Source of the DNA: Octopus sinensis
Taxonomy: Eukaryota
Direction of reading: 5' to 3'
Length of the DNA stretch: 64,000 nucleotides
Assembly: GCF_006345805.1 (NCBI RefSeq)
Contig: NC_042997.1
Location: 113,212,001 to 113,276,000 of the forward strand
Both the position numbers and the translations under genes were made by a program. Positions 62,785 to 64,000 of this stretch are shown here, in pieces. The notes below the pieces were generated by a model. It was not told the origin of the DNA, did no database searches, and saw only the letters and a list, made by a program, of their open reading frames with translations. Position 1 is the first letter of the stretch. Each line of letters opens with the position of its first letter.

Positions 62785-63045
62785 TAATAACAATAATAAT
62801 CCTTGGAGAGAATTAAGAAATATTTTACTGCATCGCTACACGTGTTTCCACGATTCACATGTCTCTTATGATCATAGTTTGTATTCCTGGGATGATTACA
62901 GTACAGCCTGTAGTATCCATGGACATTGGATAGATCATTTTCATGCATCCAGACCATGATCTTAAGAAATATGTGACTTGTGGAAACACACATAGTGATG
63001 TATTAAAATATTTATAAATTCCATCCAAAGATTCTTGTTGTTATT
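62785..63045. mobile_element. Old degenerate foldback element
   Basis: Left arm 62785-62890 is an imperfect reverse complement of 62935-63045. Confidence 0.6.
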
Positions 63046-63214
63046 ACCATATTTATTCTATATTATATTGGCACAGCTTCATACAACCCCAAAACACTGG
63101 TGTTGCCAGTTGGCATCATCAGACTGTAGCTGGCATATTAGAATAGCAGCTTTTATATGCATATTCAAAAGCATTTCCTGTAAACAAACTTATAGGATAT
63201 ACATATATAAATTA

Positions 63215-63640
63215 TCATCATCATCATCGTTTAACCTCTGCTTTCCATGCTAGCATGGGTTGGATGATTTTGACCGAGGGCTGGTGAACCAGATGGCTGC
63301 ACCAGGCTCCAATCTTGATCTGGCAGAGTTTCTATAGCTGGATGCCCTTCCTAATGCCAACCACTCCGAGAGTGTAGTGGGTGCTTTTTATGTGCCACCG
63401 GCACGGGAGCCAGTCAGGTGGTACTGGCAATGATCTCACTCAAATCTTTTTACACATGCCAACGGCACAGGTGCCAGTAAGGCGATGCTGGTAACGATCA
63501 CGCTCGATTGGTGTCTTTTACGTACCACCGGCATGGAGGCCAGATCAAGATTGGAGCCTAGTGCAGCCATCTGGTTCGACAGCCTTCAGTCAAAATCGTC
63601 CAACCCATGCTAGCATGGAAAGCGGACGTTAAACGATGAT
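63215..63640. mobile_element. Two RTE-tail repeats in inverted, abutting orientation
   Basis: 63215-63540 (-) is directly followed by 63540-63640 (+). Confidence 0.75.
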
Positions 63641-63651
63641 GATATATATTG

Positions 63652-63730
<79 letters not shown>

Positions 63731-64000
63731 AACATAATTGCCAACCAAATGTGGCATCCTATACAGGACAGTGGTACTGACCTTATAGCGCAAGGAAGAT
63801 ATCTCTTCCAGCTGGCTAACAACACAGATTCTGTGTCTGATTAGTATTTGTGAGAGACATCATTGCTCCCATCTCTAGAGCCTTACGTGATATACACGGA
63901 CTCGAGCTTCTGGGTGGTTACCCATCCTAAGCATGTGTTAATTACCAGCTAGTGATGAAAACTCATTCCACTTACAAAATACTATATGCTTCTTCCAGTA

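Overview
AT-rich, repeat-dense animal genomic DNA. The SINE, RTE-tail, Dong/R4 and Penelope-type repeats look like those of Octopus (recognised from memory, not database-checked). None of the long ORFs in the supplied track is a host gene: they are microsatellite read-throughs or decayed transposon ORFs. By reading splice sites by hand I reconstructed a minus-strand multi-exon gene for a probably secreted four-EF-hand Ca2+-binding protein. Its core exons (28583-28444, 26058-25900, 22916-22871) are well supported. A TATA promoter with exon 1 (51457-51404), exon 2 (49862-49813) and a terminal exon near 12.7 kb are less certain. A second minus-strand gene may start at about 11.1 kb. The rest is RTE LINEs, Dong/R4 endonuclease relics, Tc1/mariner, pogo, hAT and Helitron non-autonomous elements, several tRNA-derived SINE families and microsatellites. 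The most unusual signal is a set of about ten minimal hammerhead-ribozyme-like motifs (CUGANGA...GAAA). They sit in Penelope-type repeats, in the loops of long palindromic elements, and in the tail of a tRNA-headed SINE. Repeat boundaries are approximate (plus or minus 10-30 bp); exon boundaries were counted base by base.
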